DNA of 64,000 nucleotides from an uncultured bacterium (GTDB lineage Bacteria; Chlamydiota; Chlamydiia; Chlamydiales; FEN-1388): NCBI GenBank assembly GCA_964577935.1, contig CAZOAJ010000002.1, positions 92,598 to 156,597 of the forward strand, read 5' to 3'. Shown piece by piece: positions 63,657 to 64,000 of this stretch (position 1 is its first letter; each line of letters starts with the position of its first letter). The notes under the pieces were generated by a model. It saw only the letters and a program-made list of their open reading frames with translations, ran no database searches and was not told where the DNA came from. The position numbers and the translations under genes were made by a program.

Positions 63657-64000
63657 ATGTTCAAACAAACCCTCTTTTGTTCGCTTCTATCAATTCTCTC
63701 ATTAACGCTTAAGATCCATTCTGAAGAATTTATTATCCCAAGAAATTATGTTCATATTGAATGTCAAATGCAGCCCTTATCCCTGACAACAAAAACTCTC
63801 TCACATAAGAAGCAGTTGATTCAAAAGGGCTTCAAAAGCCTTGGGCTATCAGGCTATAATCAAACTAAATATGAAATAAGCGGCAACTGGTGTGGCTATG
63901 TAGCAACAACCAAAACTTCTAAATCCCATGCTCGATCTGTTACACGAGTTTCAGGAAGATGGAACGTTCCTACTCTGTCCCCATCGATAACTTCCACCAA
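63657..64000 (+). CDS. partial CDS (N-terminal 114 codons): secreted protein, possibly a peptidase G1/A4 (eqolisin-like glutamic peptidase)
   Basis: Own translation. GAGGAGA Shine-Dalgarno sequence then ATG at 63657. Signal peptide MFKQTLFCSLLSILSLTL. The segment SGNWCGYVATT...VTRVSGRWNVPTL resembles the SNW(A/S)G...V.G.W.VP opening of the A4/G1 family. Runs off the right edge of the window. Confidence 0.45.
   Translation, partial: MFKQTLFCSLLSILSLTLKIHSEEFIIPRNYVHIECQMQPLSLTTKTLSHKKQLIQKGFKSLGLSGYNQTKYEISGNWCGYVATTKTSKSHARSVTRVSGRWNVPTLSPSITST

Noticed and set aside
1-64000. CRISPR arrays, rRNA genes, prophage or conjugative modules, toxin-antitoxin pairs
   Set aside because: No regularly spaced direct repeats were seen. 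There are no rRNA-like conserved stretches. No integrase, capsid, terminase, relaxase or T4SS motifs appear in any supplied translation. No convincing pair of small adjacent ORFs was found.

Overview
By gene content this 64 kb window is a chromosomal segment of an environmental (amoeba-associated type) member of the Chlamydiota. It looks moderately AT-rich by eye; GC was not computed. The lineage call rests on several points. There is an nqrB-C-D-E cluster without nqrA or nqrF. The order rsmH / small acidic ORF / TPR SycD-LcrH-like chaperone ... dnaA ... nqrBCDE matches, from memory, the Chlamydia trachomatis CT272-CT281 neighbourhood. A Mip-type FKBP is present, and eukaryote-like domains are dense.

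Core genes recognised:
- Replication and nucleoid: dnaA, dnaX, ybaB.
- RNA modification: rsmH, an rsmB-family methyltransferase, a TrmH/SpoU methyltransferase.
- Respiration and metabolism: nqrBCDE, folE, tal.
- Envelope and transport: lnt, an ABC-F ATPase, a CDF transporter, TerC, an SNF/NSS symporter, a DUF990-type ABC-2 exporter, a NodT outer-membrane factor.
- Signalling: a PgpH-type 7TM-HD phosphodiesterase.
- RNA gene: one tRNA-Leu(UAA).

Two different insertion sequences are present only as heavily decayed relics: IS5-family at 27396..28438 and ISKra4-like at about 38205..39420. No CRISPR array, rRNA or intact mobile element was seen.

The most interesting material is a set of eukaryote-like or unusually fused proteins that look like host-directed effectors:
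1. 61755..63305: an orphan Dam-class DNA adenine methyltransferase carrying two N-terminal Myb/SANT-like repeats.
2. 9299..10321: a stand-alone protein with an internal duplication built from the same repeat type.
3. 24417..26048: a helical-repeat protein ending in a RAP / PD-(D/E)XK-like domain (FASTK-like architecture).
4. 52971..53840: an ankyrin-repeat protein directly after the tRNA.
5. 28538..29188: a signal-peptide-bearing NADAR domain protein.
6. 32506..33300: a stand-alone eukaryote-type biotin-ligase N-terminal (BPL_N) domain.
7. 23704..24057: a 117-aa two-TM channel with a non-canonical TVSGVG filter.

All functional calls come from reading motifs in the supplied translations. No database search was possible, so family names are recognition-based and should be confirmed with HMM or structure searches.
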